This document shows, in pieces, positions 27,489-37,301 of a stretch of 64,000 nt of DNA (the stretch's first letter is position 1; every line of letters begins with the position of its first letter). The position numbers and the translations under genes were made by a program. The stretch is from a virus. The notes beneath the pieces are model-generated. The model saw only the letters and a program-made list of their open reading frames with translations, had not been told where the DNA came from and did not search any database. Where the stretch lies: the IMG/VR virus record IMGVR_UViG_3300028840_002691, positions 32,001 to 96,000 of that record. One strand, given 5' to 3'.

Positions 27489-29573
27489 TTGGAATGGGTA
27501 CTTGCTTGTTTTACACTGACGCTGATAGCAGCACCTCTGGTGTTTGCTCCGTTGAAGTTTATTGATGGCTACATATTACCACAGCTGGCAGTGCACGCCA
27601 TTGGGTTGGGGGTTGCCTTTGTGGGCATGGTGCAGTTGGGAGTGTTCCCACTGAGCTTGCTGTCATTGCTGGTATGTCTTTACTTTGTCTATATGGTTAT
27701 GACTACTTTCTGGTCTACAGCTACTCACGCCTCTTTACGGGATCTGCCTCTCGTGTTCAACGGGTTGGCTGCCTTTCTTGTGGCCTCTGTGCTCTTCCGC
27801 AGTAGCGCGCTGAACATGGTCACGGTTTCCTTGGGTGTTTTCTTTGTTAGCACTATCACTTGTATTTACTGCATTGGGCAGCGGTTGCGTATTGATCCTG
27901 TGTTCAAGGAGCGGCTGGTGTCAGCGGCGGTGGACTTCAAAGGCTTGCCCAGACAGAGGATACCCAAGTGGTTCAGGAACAAGAACTTTATTGACTCCAG
28001 ACCGATAGGCACGATAGGCAATACGAATTTTGTCTCAGGTTACTTGGGCTCTACTGTACCGTTCTTGGTTTTTTTGTCTGTGGAGGTGTCGCCGTGGTTC
28101 CTGTTGAGCATTCTGTTGGTTGTGGTCACTGTAACTATGGCCGAATGCAGGGCGGCGCTGCTGGGCATGTTTTGTAGTGGTCTGGTATTTCTGCTGATTG
28201 CCTCAAGGGCAGGGCTGGTGATTGACTTTGTGGTGTGGTTGTTTTCTTTTGAGTTGGTGCGACTGCTTTCTGTAATCGGTGCAGTGTATGTGCTGTTGTT
28301 TCTTGTGGATGCGATATGCAGGCTGCACAAGGGAGGAGTGTTCAGGATGTTGAACGCAGAGACTCCTCTCACCTCGGAGTTGTCAGTGGAGAGCGAGGAC
28401 CAGGAGGACCTTGTGGCTCACTTGCGGTACAGGTTCCGCTATTGGAAGGCGGCGTGGGAGTTGCTGAAGCAGAAACCGTTGCAGGGTTTTGGGCTCAGGA
28501 CGTTTAGGAAAGAAGTATATCAAGCACAAGCAACTTTACACAACAGGGACGGCAAGTTCTTAGGTCTTGGCTACCAGACTCCACAGCCCAGGGAGTGCCA
28601 CAATGACTATGTGGAGAACTTTGTTGAAGGTGGGTTGGTCGGTGGGTTGATGTTTCTGGCTATACTTGCGGTTGTGTTTTACAATGCCTGGGTCTACTTG
28701 TCTTCGGTGGTTGCGGTAGACTTCTTGCTGGTGGCTGGAGTGCTGTCTGGTTTCCTCTGCCTGCTTGTGGTGGCGTTCTTCTTTTTCCCGTTCAGGCTAC
28801 CAGCATCAGCGGTGCTGTTCTGGGTTGGGCTGGCGTTGCTGGACTCCATGACTACCGATGTAGCAATAGTGACATTTGAGTCGAACATCTTTCTGACTCT
28901 GCTGGTGGCTGGTGTGTTGGCTGCGCTGTTGTGGGAGGGGAGCATAAAGCCGAACGCAGCGAACTTCTACTTCAACAAGTACAGCTTCTCACGTGACATG
29001 ATGCTGCGGGAGAAGTTTCTGATAAAGGCGACGGACTTCTCGCCTAGAGAAACGATATTCAGAACTCATGCTGCGGTAAACTACTCGGAGACAGTGCCGT
29101 CGTTTGCCGAAAAGCATGCCAATGTGATGAGCTACTTCTATGACGGCATGACTCCGGCTTGGATGATGTTCTACAATGTGGCTATGGTGAAGGCAGCCAA
29201 TGGTAAGTTTGAAGAGGCCATAGAATATTTGAACCATTCACTTTACTACTTTCCGAGGTTTAAGCCCGCCTTGCAGTTCATGCAGATGATCTGGGCTGAA
29301 GCAAAGATGCCAGAAAGGAGGATCTTGATGAAGAGGATGACTAAGGAGGGCCTGCTTGCTATCAAGCTGCATCGCACGGAGGCCGAAAAGCACAACATGG
29401 CGATAGAGAACATCATCTTGCAGGAGAAGGTGAAATCGAACATACCGATAGAGTGGTCCTTTGACCTGAAGGAGGGTGTATTTCTGACTCCTACTGAAGC
29501 AGAAAACCTACGTAGAGAGAGACAGAAAGAAATGGGCGGAGGATTGAGTCTGGTACCTGGAACAAATGCTTAG
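27489..29573 (+). CDS. O-antigen ligase / O-oligosaccharyltransferase-like (Wzy_C) polytopic membrane protein with TPR-like C-terminus
   Basis: More than 10 TM segments. GTIGNTNF, CRAALLG, RFRYWKAAWELLKQKPLQGFG and CHNDYVE...EGGLVG match the WaaL/PglL signature. TPR-like FYNVA...FEEAIEYL. Confidence 0.88.
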   Translation: MEWVLACFTLTLIAAPLVFAPLKFIDGYILPQLAVHAIGLGVAFVGMVQLGVFPLSLLSLLVCLYFVYMVMTTFWSTATHASLRDLPLVFNGLAAFLVASVLFRSSALNMVTVSLGVFFVSTITCIYCIGQRLRIDPVFKERLVSAAVDFKGLPRQRIPKWFRNKNFIDSRPIGTIGNTNFVSGYLGSTVPFLVFLSVEVSPWFLLSILLVVVTVTMAECRAALLGMFCSGLVFLLIASRAGLVIDFVVWLFSFELVRLLSVIGAVYVLLFLVDAICRLHKGGVFRMLNAETPLTSELSVESEDQEDLVAHLRYRFRYWKAAWELLKQKPLQGFGLRTFRKEVYQAQATLHNRDGKFLGLGYQTPQPRECHNDYVENFVEGGLVGGLMFLAILAVVFYNAWVYLSSVVAVDFLLVAGVLSGFLCLLVVAFFFFPFRLPASAVLFWVGLALLDSMTTDVAIVTFESNIFLTLLVAGVLAALLWEGSIKPNAANFYFNKYSFSRDMMLREKFLIKATDFSPRETIFRTHAAVNYSETVPSFAEKHANVMSYFYDGMTPAWMMFYNVAMVKAANGKFEEAIEYLNHSLYYFPRFKPALQFMQMIWAEAKMPERRILMKRMTKEGLLAIKLHRTEAEKHNMAIENIILQEKVKSNIPIEWSFDLKEGVFLTPTEAENLRRERQKEMGGGLSLVPGTNA

Positions 29574-29600
29574 AAAGAGAAAGGAAGGAGACACGAGAAA

Positions 29601-30023
29601 ATGACCTTGATGGATGATTTGAGAGAAAAGGCAGCCAAGGGAACAAAAATCACTTCCGAAGAGCTGGAAGAGGCCCGCAAGGAGATGGCAATAGGCAATG
29701 CGGCTGACGCTAAGGAGGAGAAAGAAGAAAACCAGAAAGAGGAGCAAAAACCTGAGAAGGCACCACCTCCTCCTGAGCCAGAACCCGAGAAGCCTATAGT
29801 GTTTTCCTTTGACGAGTTTGTGCAGAAGAACTTAGGCACATTTAACAGGGTTACACGTTCCGTGTGGAGGAGCAACGTCACGCTGCTGGCTAATATGTTC
29901 CTCTCCATAGAGATAAGAAATGAGTTGAAGGCTATCAGACGTCTTTTGGAAGTAAAGCAAACCACAAAGCCAGAAGAATTAGCAACAGGAAAGGAGAAGC
30001 CAAAAAGGAAACCTAAAAAATGA
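29601..30023 (+). CDS. Hypothetical charged protein
   Basis: AAGGAG RBS, and ATGA coupling to the adaptor gene. Confidence 0.65.
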   Translation: MTLMDDLREKAAKGTKITSEELEEARKEMAIGNAADAKEEKEENQKEEQKPEKAPPPPEPEPEKPIVFSFDEFVQKNLGTFNRVTRSVWRSNVTLLANMFLSIEIRNELKAIRRLLEVKQTTKPEELATGKEKPKRKPKK

Positions 30024-30421
30024 GCTATACTCATTCACCAGAGACCGACGAGGGGCGTCTCCGTATACTTTTATATGACGTAGTACCAAGCGGAACCAGC
30101 GCAGCTATAGGCTCAAACTACCACTTTGAGGACGCCGATCTGTCTGCCCTGCTGGATATGAACAGTGACGACCTTTGGGCTAGTGCTGCTGATGGATGCC
30201 GAGCTATGGCTGCAAAGCTCGCTGACGAGGCCATAGCCTTGGGACTTGGAAAGACAGACATCTACGTAGACAAGAGAAAGAAGCCGGACTTTTACCTAAA
30301 ACTGGCAGCAGAGTACCAGGAACGTTCCTACACTGACGTTGACGAGTACATTGACTCAATAAACTACGGCGTGAGCTACACGGGATTTGACGATACAGAG
30401 TACTTTGGTGACTACGAATAA
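30020..30421 (+). CDS. Head-tail adaptor
   Basis: GRLRILLYD...FEDADLSALL...AADGCRAMAAK. Position in the neck module. Confidence 0.7.
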   Translation: MSYTHSPETDEGRLRILLYDVVPSGTSAAIGSNYHFEDADLSALLDMNSDDLWASAADGCRAMAAKLADEAIALGLGKTDIYVDKRKKPDFYLKLAAEYQERSYTDVDEYIDSINYGVSYTGFDDTEYFGDYE

Positions 30422-30831
30422 TGTCGATACTGACTTCTCAGGAGATAGCGGACATCACAAGCGACATACATGAGATAGTGACTGATGTCGAGCTGAGCAC
30501 CAGGATCACTTACAGGCTGGCTGGGGTGACAGCGGAGACCTCCTACGATCCGACCACTCAAGCCATACCGAGCATGTTTTCGACCAGCTCCGTGAGCGCG
30601 TTCAAGGGCACTTACAGCCTGGACGAGGCTGCCCAGTCAGGCGGACTGATAGAGTATGGGGATGTGAAGTTCATCGTAATGCGCTCTCATGTCACTGGTA
30701 TTTTGGGCACAATAGACCAGGTGTTCGAGAGCGGCAGCAGCGTGCAGAGCGGCACCACATACCAGGTAGTTGGTTCGCTGAGCTATGATCCGTTGAAGAT
30801 CTGCTACTTCATACATTGCAGGGCGGTATGA
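30421..30831 (+). CDS. Head closure/stopper protein
   Basis: SYDPTT, GLIEYGDVKF, DPLK. Synteny with other neck genes. Confidence 0.65.
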   Translation: MSILTSQEIADITSDIHEIVTDVELSTRITYRLAGVTAETSYDPTTQAIPSMFSTSSVSAFKGTYSLDEAAQSGGLIEYGDVKFIVMRSHVTGILGTIDQVFESGSSVQSGTTYQVVGSLSYDPLKICYFIHCRAV

Positions 30832-31310
30832 AAGTTACCATTGATGTTGAGACGGAAAAGTTTAACAGGAAACTGAAAAAGTTTTTGAAGAACAGCAATG
30901 TTGAGGTAGGAAAAGGAGTAAGAAAAGCAGCTTTGGATTTGCTCTTTATGATTCATAGGCCAAAACCTCACGGCACTCATCCGGTCGAGACCGGTAGAGC
31001 GAGAGGCGCTTGGGCAGCATCGATGGAGGGTCTTGGTGGCAGGTTCAATTACCATAAAGGAGTAGATCCATCAAGAGATCAAGTAGCCATGGGGAGAAAA
31101 GAAGGCGGCTTCGTAAACAAACTCAAGAACAAGTACTTCAAATATGTGGAGCTTATAAATGGCTGCCCATACATCATATATCTTGAATACGGACATAGCA
31201 AGAGCGCCCCTGCTGGAATGGTCAGGATATCTTTACGCGAGATGCGGGGTATGAAAATCACCGACAAGTACTTCAAGCCAGTTTTTCTGAAGGAGTGGAA
31301 TAAACTGTAA
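30828..31310 (+). CDS. HK97 gp10-like neck/tail completion protein
   Basis: PVETGRARGAW, YIIYLEYGHSKSAPAGMVR. Confidence 0.85.
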   Translation: MKVTIDVETEKFNRKLKKFLKNSNVEVGKGVRKAALDLLFMIHRPKPHGTHPVETGRARGAWAASMEGLGGRFNYHKGVDPSRDQVAMGRKEGGFVNKLKNKYFKYVELINGCPYIIYLEYGHSKSAPAGMVRISLREMRGMKITDKYFKPVFLKEWNKL

Positions 31311-31801
31311 TGGCACTGGACATACTGGCAGAACGAGCAAACGTAAAGCGCAGCCTTGAGAGCTACTTTCATGGTATCTTTGGTCCCTCCGGCAAGGACT
31401 TCTACGTGGACTACGAGGGCGTGCCGTTTGAGACGAAAGAGAAGCGTGAGTGGCTGCAGCCACGAGTGATGGACTTCAGCGGCGAGTTCCTGCGACAAGG
31501 CTCCGCAACACAGTACGCCACCAATGTGAACATGATGTTCAATGTGAATATACTGGTTACAAAAAGCGGCACCACAATAGCCGACAGACACTACGTGCTC
31601 AGGGACAAAGTCGTAGAGCATTTTAAGATAGGGCAGACCATAAACATACGCAACTGGACCAGCGGCACCACTCCGCTGGCGATTTTAGGCAAGATGAAAG
31701 TGAGGCAGCTGATAACCGACCGCCCAATCGAGGATGAGCATTTTCTGCAGTACTCACTAACGTGGGAACTTGATTGGTTAGATTTAACAACTAATCCATA
31801 A
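31310..31801 (+). CDS. Tail terminator-like protein
   Basis: Size and synteny, directly before the tail tube genes. Confidence 0.6.
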   Translation: MALDILAERANVKRSLESYFHGIFGPSGKDFYVDYEGVPFETKEKREWLQPRVMDFSGEFLRQGSATQYATNVNMMFNVNILVTKSGTTIADRHYVLRDKVVEHFKIGQTINIRNWTSGTTPLAILGKMKVRQLITDRPIEDEHFLQYSLTWELDWLDLTTNP

Positions 31802-31816
31802 GGGAGATGTAATAAA

Positions 31817-32020
31817 ATGATAGAGCAAAGTGAACTCGTAAACCTACTGGCAGGCAACTCTGGCTTTTCGACAAAGCGCTGTGTGAAGACAGCCCAGACA
31901 ATGCTGGCTCCACTCAACAAACTGATCGATGAGAAGCTTGCTAAGAAGAAGAGGATAGTAAAGAAGACAAGGACAGAGGACATCACCGAACCACTCAGTG
32001 AAGTGAAGAAACAAGAGTAG
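31817..32020 (+). CDS. Small hypothetical protein
   Basis: GGGAG RBS. Fills the gap in the operon. Confidence 0.5.
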   Translation: MIEQSELVNLLAGNSGFSTKRCVKTAQTMLAPLNKLIDEKLAKKKRIVKKTRTEDITEPLSEVKKQE

Positions 32021-32045
32021 CATAAACACAGGGGAGGGAAGAAAA

Positions 32046-32672
32046 ATGCTTTTTCAAGGACGAGATGGAGAACTAAGGATATATGAGCACGGTACCAGCG
32101 GTGCCACATATTATCTAAAACTCCTATTCTGTGATATGAATATGACTTGCCCGATCGGCAGGCCGCAGAGGGAGGAGATGCTGGTTTTCAACAGAACCAG
32201 GTACGATTCCAATGCCCACATGATTACTGGCGGAGATGAGATGGCTTATGGCCCAATACCTACGTCGTTCAGCTGCAGGATTGCTGACACCGACGCCAAC
32301 CAGAACATCTTCTGGTGGCTGGGTAGCGGGGCTACTTCTCTAGCAAAACGCCATGTGCGCGTGGCTGCTGGGAGCACTGTTACCATTCAGAGCAGGAAAG
32401 GGAAATCCGCTGGTATTCACGGCAATACGCTGCCGGATTTTGTGGGCAGTGGCACCAGCAAGTTTGCCTTTCTGGTGCAGGTAAGGTGGGACGGCAGCAC
32501 AGACTTCGGCATTTCTATGGACGAGGTATGGTTCCCGCCGCAGGATCAGTCAATAACTGAGGCTGAAGACAGCCTCACTCTGAACATGACTGGACATATT
32601 TTTGGCGGTGTTTCCAGGATTACTGGTTTCACTGGCGGCACAAATAACTTCGGTGTAACCGTTTGCGCATAA
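32046..32672 (+). CDS. Putative tail tube protein, paralog 1
   Basis: Synteny before the chaperone and TMP genes. FQGRDGELR, ITEAEDSLTLNMTG. Confidence 0.6.
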   Translation: MLFQGRDGELRIYEHGTSGATYYLKLLFCDMNMTCPIGRPQREEMLVFNRTRYDSNAHMITGGDEMAYGPIPTSFSCRIADTDANQNIFWWLGSGATSLAKRHVRVAAGSTVTIQSRKGKSAGIHGNTLPDFVGSGTSKFAFLVQVRWDGSTDFGISMDEVWFPPQDQSITEAEDSLTLNMTGHIFGGVSRITGFTGGTNNFGVTVCA

Positions 32673-32702
32673 ACAGACTGTATGTAGAGGGGGGATGTAG
32701 AG

Positions 32703-33308
32703 ATGATTTTTCAAGGACGTGATGGCGAAATGAGACTCATAGAATATGGGGACAGTGCTGGCACCACTTATTACCTGTCCATATTGTTTCATGATATGAA
32801 TCTCTCTTGCCCAATAGGAAGACCACAAAGAGACGAGACTCTGGTTCTAAATAGGACTAGGTTTGACTCCCATGCAACTACGCTTCTCGGAGATGATTAT
32901 ACTAGGTATGGTCCGCTGCCGATTAGTTTCACTTGCCGTCTGGATGATAAGATGTACACAAAGAAGCTGATAGACATAATGGCTGGCACTACGGTTGGAG
33001 CTAACTTTCAGGTCGGCGGCGTCACTAGCATTTACAGCACAAAGGGACACACAGATGACTGGGGAGGCTCTGGCAGCAGTCTGCCGTCGTTTGTTCAGTC
33101 TGGAAAGAAGCTCGCTGTCAATGTTGAGGTTCTTTGGGACGGCACGCAGGACATGGGAATCAGGATGGCTGAGGTGCACTTTCCTCCTAACCAGCAGACG
33201 ATAACTGAGTCCGAGGATGGTTTAGCTCTCAACTGCAACGGTGAGATATACGGAGGAGTGAGCAGGATAACAGCGTTTGACGCACGTTCAGGACTAACAG
33301 CAATGTAG
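32703..33308 (+). CDS. Putative tail tube protein, paralog 2
   Basis: Full-length similarity to 32046-32672. Confidence 0.6.
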   Translation: MIFQGRDGEMRLIEYGDSAGTTYYLSILFHDMNLSCPIGRPQRDETLVLNRTRFDSHATTLLGDDYTRYGPLPISFTCRLDDKMYTKKLIDIMAGTTVGANFQVGGVTSIYSTKGHTDDWGGSGSSLPSFVQSGKKLAVNVEVLWDGTQDMGIRMAEVHFPPNQQTITESEDGLALNCNGEIYGGVSRITAFDARSGLTAM

Positions 33309-33345
33309 TAAGTGAAGCAGCACAAAGAAAGGGGGAGTTTTTACC

Positions 33346-33900
33346 ATGACTGATGATTATGATGAAGGAAAAGAAGTACATGAGCCGCAGAAGATCAAGA
33401 CCATACGCTTGAAGGAGATCAAACGCGGTGAGGATCTGTTCCGCAGTTCAGGCATAAGCAAGATAAAGGTGACGAAAGACAGCGAAGTCATGATTGTGGA
33501 GATACCTATCCAGTCCACAGGAGTGGCGGAGCTCATAGACACCTTCAACAAGGACAGGCCTAAGCCTCCGTCGAAGGACAGAAAGATAGAACCTGATTCG
33601 GAGATCGGCAAAGACCTTGGTATCACAAAAACCAGATGGATGAAGATTCCTGACGTTACCGATGAAGGCTACCTGGAGGAAAAGGAGAAGTTTGAGTCAG
33701 ACCTTGGCACCGCTATTGTGCTGAAGGGCTTGGCTCTGGACATCGTTGACGAGGAAGGCAACCTGATAGAAGAGGAAAAGAAGAAGATAAACACTCTGCG
33801 TGATATGGGTATGAGCGGCGACCAGTTCACGCAAGTAGTAAACGACATCACCAACCTCACCAAGTGGACCGAGGAGGAAGAGCGCCGTTTTTTCGGATAG
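33346..33900 (+). CDS. Tail assembly chaperone (G-like)
   Basis: Acidic protein before the TMP gene, ending in the slippery site T TTT TTC. Confidence 0.75.
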   Translation: MTDDYDEGKEVHEPQKIKTIRLKEIKRGEDLFRSSGISKIKVTKDSEVMIVEIPIQSTGVAELIDTFNKDRPKPPSKDRKIEPDSEIGKDLGITKTRWMKIPDVTDEGYLEEKEKFESDLGTAIVLKGLALDIVDEEGNLIEEEKKKINTLRDMGMSGDQFTQVVNDITNLTKWTEEEERRFFG

Positions 33901-34133
33901 AGATGGGTCTGGTCGATAAGCCCAAGTATGACTTGATGACCCATCTGGAAACTGAAATGTTCATTTGCTCAGAGTATTTACACTGTACACACACTGAATT
34001 TGAGAAGCTACCTAGGACAGAGAAATTGAAGTGGTTTTTGTTTCTGGAGATGAAGAGCAGGCGTGAGAAACATGAGGAGCTTAAGCGTCAGGACCTACAA
34101 GTAGCACATCAGAGTAAACCTTATAGGGAGTAG
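33888..34133 (+). other. Programmed -1 frameshift site and GT-like chaperone extension
   Basis: In-frame heptamer T_TTT_TTC at 33888-33894. The -1 frame is open to 34133. Confidence 0.8.
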
Positions 34134-34139
34134 TAGACT

Positions 34140-37100
34140 TTGGCTACTGAAGATCTAAAAGTAAGAATCGGTGCAGATGTCAGAGGCTTCAATGCAGCTC
34201 TGGCTCAAGTGCAGAATAAAACTAAGGCATTTGCTACTGGGGCTTCAAGGTCTTTTGACAGTTTGAAAAACTCTGTCTTGTCTGTAAAGACTGCCGTTAT
34301 TGCTCTCGCTGGTGCTTACGCTACTGTGAAGGTAGCCCAACAGATAAAAGAATCTGCTCTGCTTGCTGCCAGATACGAAACTCTTGGTATAGTGATGGAA
34401 ACCGTAGGGAAGAATGTCGGCTACACTGCTGACGAGATGCATCGTTTCGCAAAGGGAGTTGAAGCCCAAGGCATCACTATGAATGCTTCTAGGCTCATAG
34501 TGACTCGCCTTGCTCAAGCGCAGTTAGATCTCAGTCAGTCTACAAGATTAGCCCGTATTGCTCAGGATGCCGCTGTCATTGGCATGATCAACTCCACAGA
34601 AGCCTTTGAGAGGATGATTCATGGCATCATCTCCGGTAATGTGCTCATACTAAGAAATATAGGTATCCAAGTTCAGTTTGAAGAAGCGTATAAGAAAGGA
34701 GCAAAGGCATTAGGCAAGACCACAGAAGAACTTACGGCTGTGGAGAAAACACAGCTACGAATGAACGAGGTGATGAAGGCTGGAGAGAATATAGCAGGCA
34801 CCTATGTAAATGCTATGGAGACTGTTGGCAAAAAATGGACTTCATTCGTGAGGTATGTGGAGAACTTTTGGACTAAATTTGGAAGTATTTTTAATGAATC
34901 ATTTGGACTGATTGTTGATACAGCAACCCTTTTCATGAAGAACCTTAATAAGTCTATTGATGATATGGGTAAGTCAGGCGAGCTGGAGAAGTGGGCTCAC
35001 AGGACCACTCTGGCTATTTTGTCCTTTGTTCAGGAATCTATAAAAGCGCTGAAGTTTTTGGGCGATGCAATAGTATCTCTTATCTTTTCCTGGTCAAAGT
35101 GGGTAGAGTTTGTAAACAAAGGAGCTGCAATAACACTCAGAGCATACGCTTCTATAACAGAAGCCTATGCAAAGTTAGTCAAACTCATTGCTTACGCCAC
35201 TGGGAACATGACTCTGTTAGGGCATGCACAAGATGCCCTTGTTGGAGTTGAGAAAATCAGAAGTTGGGCTGACACCTATGAAGGAATTGGAGAACTATAC
35301 GCAAAGCAGGCAGAAGACGCCTGGGCAGCTTATGGCGACATCATAAATGCACTGGACTCTGCAGAAGACAAGGTAAAAGAACTCTATAAAGAGGCTTCAG
35401 ATCGAGCATGGTTAAATAAACAATCTGCTGCTTGGGAAGCTTATTCTTCTGTAGTAGAAAACACGGTGAAGAAGATAGAAAATGAGGTAAATAAAATTGA
35501 TCCGCTGTTTGATCCTGTGGAAAGAGCAAAACAATGGAAAGATCTCATTGAAAGAATGAAGCAAATGGCCCAGGCCGAAGCTCCATCATTAGGCATAGTA
35601 ACAGAAGAAGAAGCAAAGAAAGAGCTTGAACTAAATGAAAAGCTTATCAAGGAAAGGCTAGAAGCTCAGAAAGAAGCAAACGATAAACTCCTCAAAGAGC
35701 AAGAGCACTTCTACGAGAGAATGCATGATGCCACAGCTGACTGGACTTATGAGATTCTGGATGGACAAATAAGATCCTGGGGTGATGCCTGGAGCAAGAT
35801 AATGGACATAGTGAAGCATGCCATCGCCGAGATGGTGGCTTACGCTATAGCCAGGCCAATAGTAGTCCCTATTGTGGCTTCAATGATGGGAGCAGCAGGC
35901 CTAGGTGGACTTGTTCCAAGCGGCGTTGGTGGGGCTGTACAAACAGCAGGTCTTCTTGGTACTGCAGGAAAGTACATTTCCAAAGTTCCAGGTATGAGTT
36001 GGCTTGCTGGTGGTTTAGGTGGAGTTTCACAGTTTCTTTCTTCCCCGATATTGACTACTTCTGTTGCTCCTGGTCTTGCAGGAGCAGCTGCACCTGGCAT
36101 TGCTGGTTGGGGCGCTGCGAGCTGGGGCAGTGTTCTTGGGGCTGGTGGTCTTGGCTATTTGGGAGCTGATTTACTTTTTGGTGGCAAGGGACAGTCTGCA
36201 TTAGGTGGCGGGCTTGGTGCAGCACTTGGCATGTTCAGTCCTCTTGGGCCTCTGGGAGCAGTAATCGGAGGACTTGGTGGTGGTTTTCTTGGATCGCTGT
36301 TTGGTGCAGAAAAACCTCATAAGTTCAGAGCACAGTACGGTTTCGATCCTCTTGGGAATATAACAGGTAGCACCTGGGGACGTGGCTCTTATCCTTCTCT
36401 TTACACAGGGGTACAGCAACAGCTCCAAGCCACCTACGGCGGGCAGATGCAGCAGGTACAGAGCTACATAGACGTCATAAGGCAGATGTCCGGCAGGCGT
36501 GGAGGCGCTGGCGTAGATCTGCCTTCTATCATTCTGCGCACTAGGGACTTTGAGAACGCGGGCAAACAGGCTGTAGAAAAGATGGGAAAGGCCATGGAGA
36601 AGTATATGGTTGATGTGGCCAAGGATATGGGCTTTGCCACAGTGGAGGCTTTTGTAGAGTACGCTCAGAAGATGGAGGAGAGGGCACAGGCATCTGCAGC
36701 TTTAATAGGTAGTGCATTCGCGGATATCGTGGAGACAGGTGATTGGGGCAGTTTCATACGGCAGATGAAGAACAGTCTCTACACCAATGTAAAGGAAGCA
36801 GTGATAGCCTCCTTTATGGAATCGGCGGCCTTTAGAACAGCCCTAGCTCCATTCTACCAGGCGTTGGAAAGAGGGTTGGGGGGCAAGAAGTTCAGCGAGC
36901 AGCGTTTCTGGCGCTATATGACACCTGCTTTGGAAGATTTGGATAAGATGCTCGGCACGTTGCAGCCAATGTTCAATCAGGTGAATCAGTTGCTCATCGG
37001 GGTCTCGCAGGCCATGCCATACCAGAGTGGTGGGTATGTGCCTTCTAAACGCTTCGCTATATTGCACCCGTCAGAAGGCGTGCTGAACAAGATGGCCACA

Positions 37101-37301
37101 GAGTCGGTGGGGGGTAGAGAGGGCATAAGGGCTTTGAACCAGGGCACGGTGGCTCCTACCTCAATACAGATGCAGAGTATGCCAATACGGGTTTCTGTAG
37201 AATTGGATGGCGATGTGATAGGGGAGAAACTGGTGGATGCGGCCAGGGACGGACGCTGGAAGTACGGCAGCGTCAGACGACGAGGTGTGGTGAGCTTATG
37301 A
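34140..37301 (+). CDS. Tail tape measure protein
   Basis: 1053 aa, helical and Ala-rich. LKVRIGADV N-terminus, Gly-rich hydrophobic region, YQSGGYVP...ILHPSEGVL. Confidence 0.9.
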   Translation: MATEDLKVRIGADVRGFNAALAQVQNKTKAFATGASRSFDSLKNSVLSVKTAVIALAGAYATVKVAQQIKESALLAARYETLGIVMETVGKNVGYTADEMHRFAKGVEAQGITMNASRLIVTRLAQAQLDLSQSTRLARIAQDAAVIGMINSTEAFERMIHGIISGNVLILRNIGIQVQFEEAYKKGAKALGKTTEELTAVEKTQLRMNEVMKAGENIAGTYVNAMETVGKKWTSFVRYVENFWTKFGSIFNESFGLIVDTATLFMKNLNKSIDDMGKSGELEKWAHRTTLAILSFVQESIKALKFLGDAIVSLIFSWSKWVEFVNKGAAITLRAYASITEAYAKLVKLIAYATGNMTLLGHAQDALVGVEKIRSWADTYEGIGELYAKQAEDAWAAYGDIINALDSAEDKVKELYKEASDRAWLNKQSAAWEAYSSVVENTVKKIENEVNKIDPLFDPVERAKQWKDLIERMKQMAQAEAPSLGIVTEEEAKKELELNEKLIKERLEAQKEANDKLLKEQEHFYERMHDATADWTYEILDGQIRSWGDAWSKIMDIVKHAIAEMVAYAIARPIVVPIVASMMGAAGLGGLVPSGVGGAVQTAGLLGTAGKYISKVPGMSWLAGGLGGVSQFLSSPILTTSVAPGLAGAAAPGIAGWGAASWGSVLGAGGLGYLGADLLFGGKGQSALGGGLGAALGMFSPLGPLGAVIGGLGGGFLGSLFGAEKPHKFRAQYGFDPLGNITGSTWGRGSYPSLYTGVQQQLQATYGGQMQQVQSYIDVIRQMSGRRGGAGVDLPSIILRTRDFENAGKQAVEKMGKAMEKYMVDVAKDMGFATVEAFVEYAQKMEERAQASAALIGSAFADIVETGDWGSFIRQMKNSLYTNVKEAVIASFMESAAFRTALAPFYQALERGLGGKKFSEQRFWRYMTPALEDLDKMLGTLQPMFNQVNQLLIGVSQAMPYQSGGYVPSKRFAILHPSEGVLNKMATESVGGREGIRALNQGTVAPTSIQMQSMPIRVSVELDGDVIGEKLVDAARDGRWKYGSVRRRGVVSL

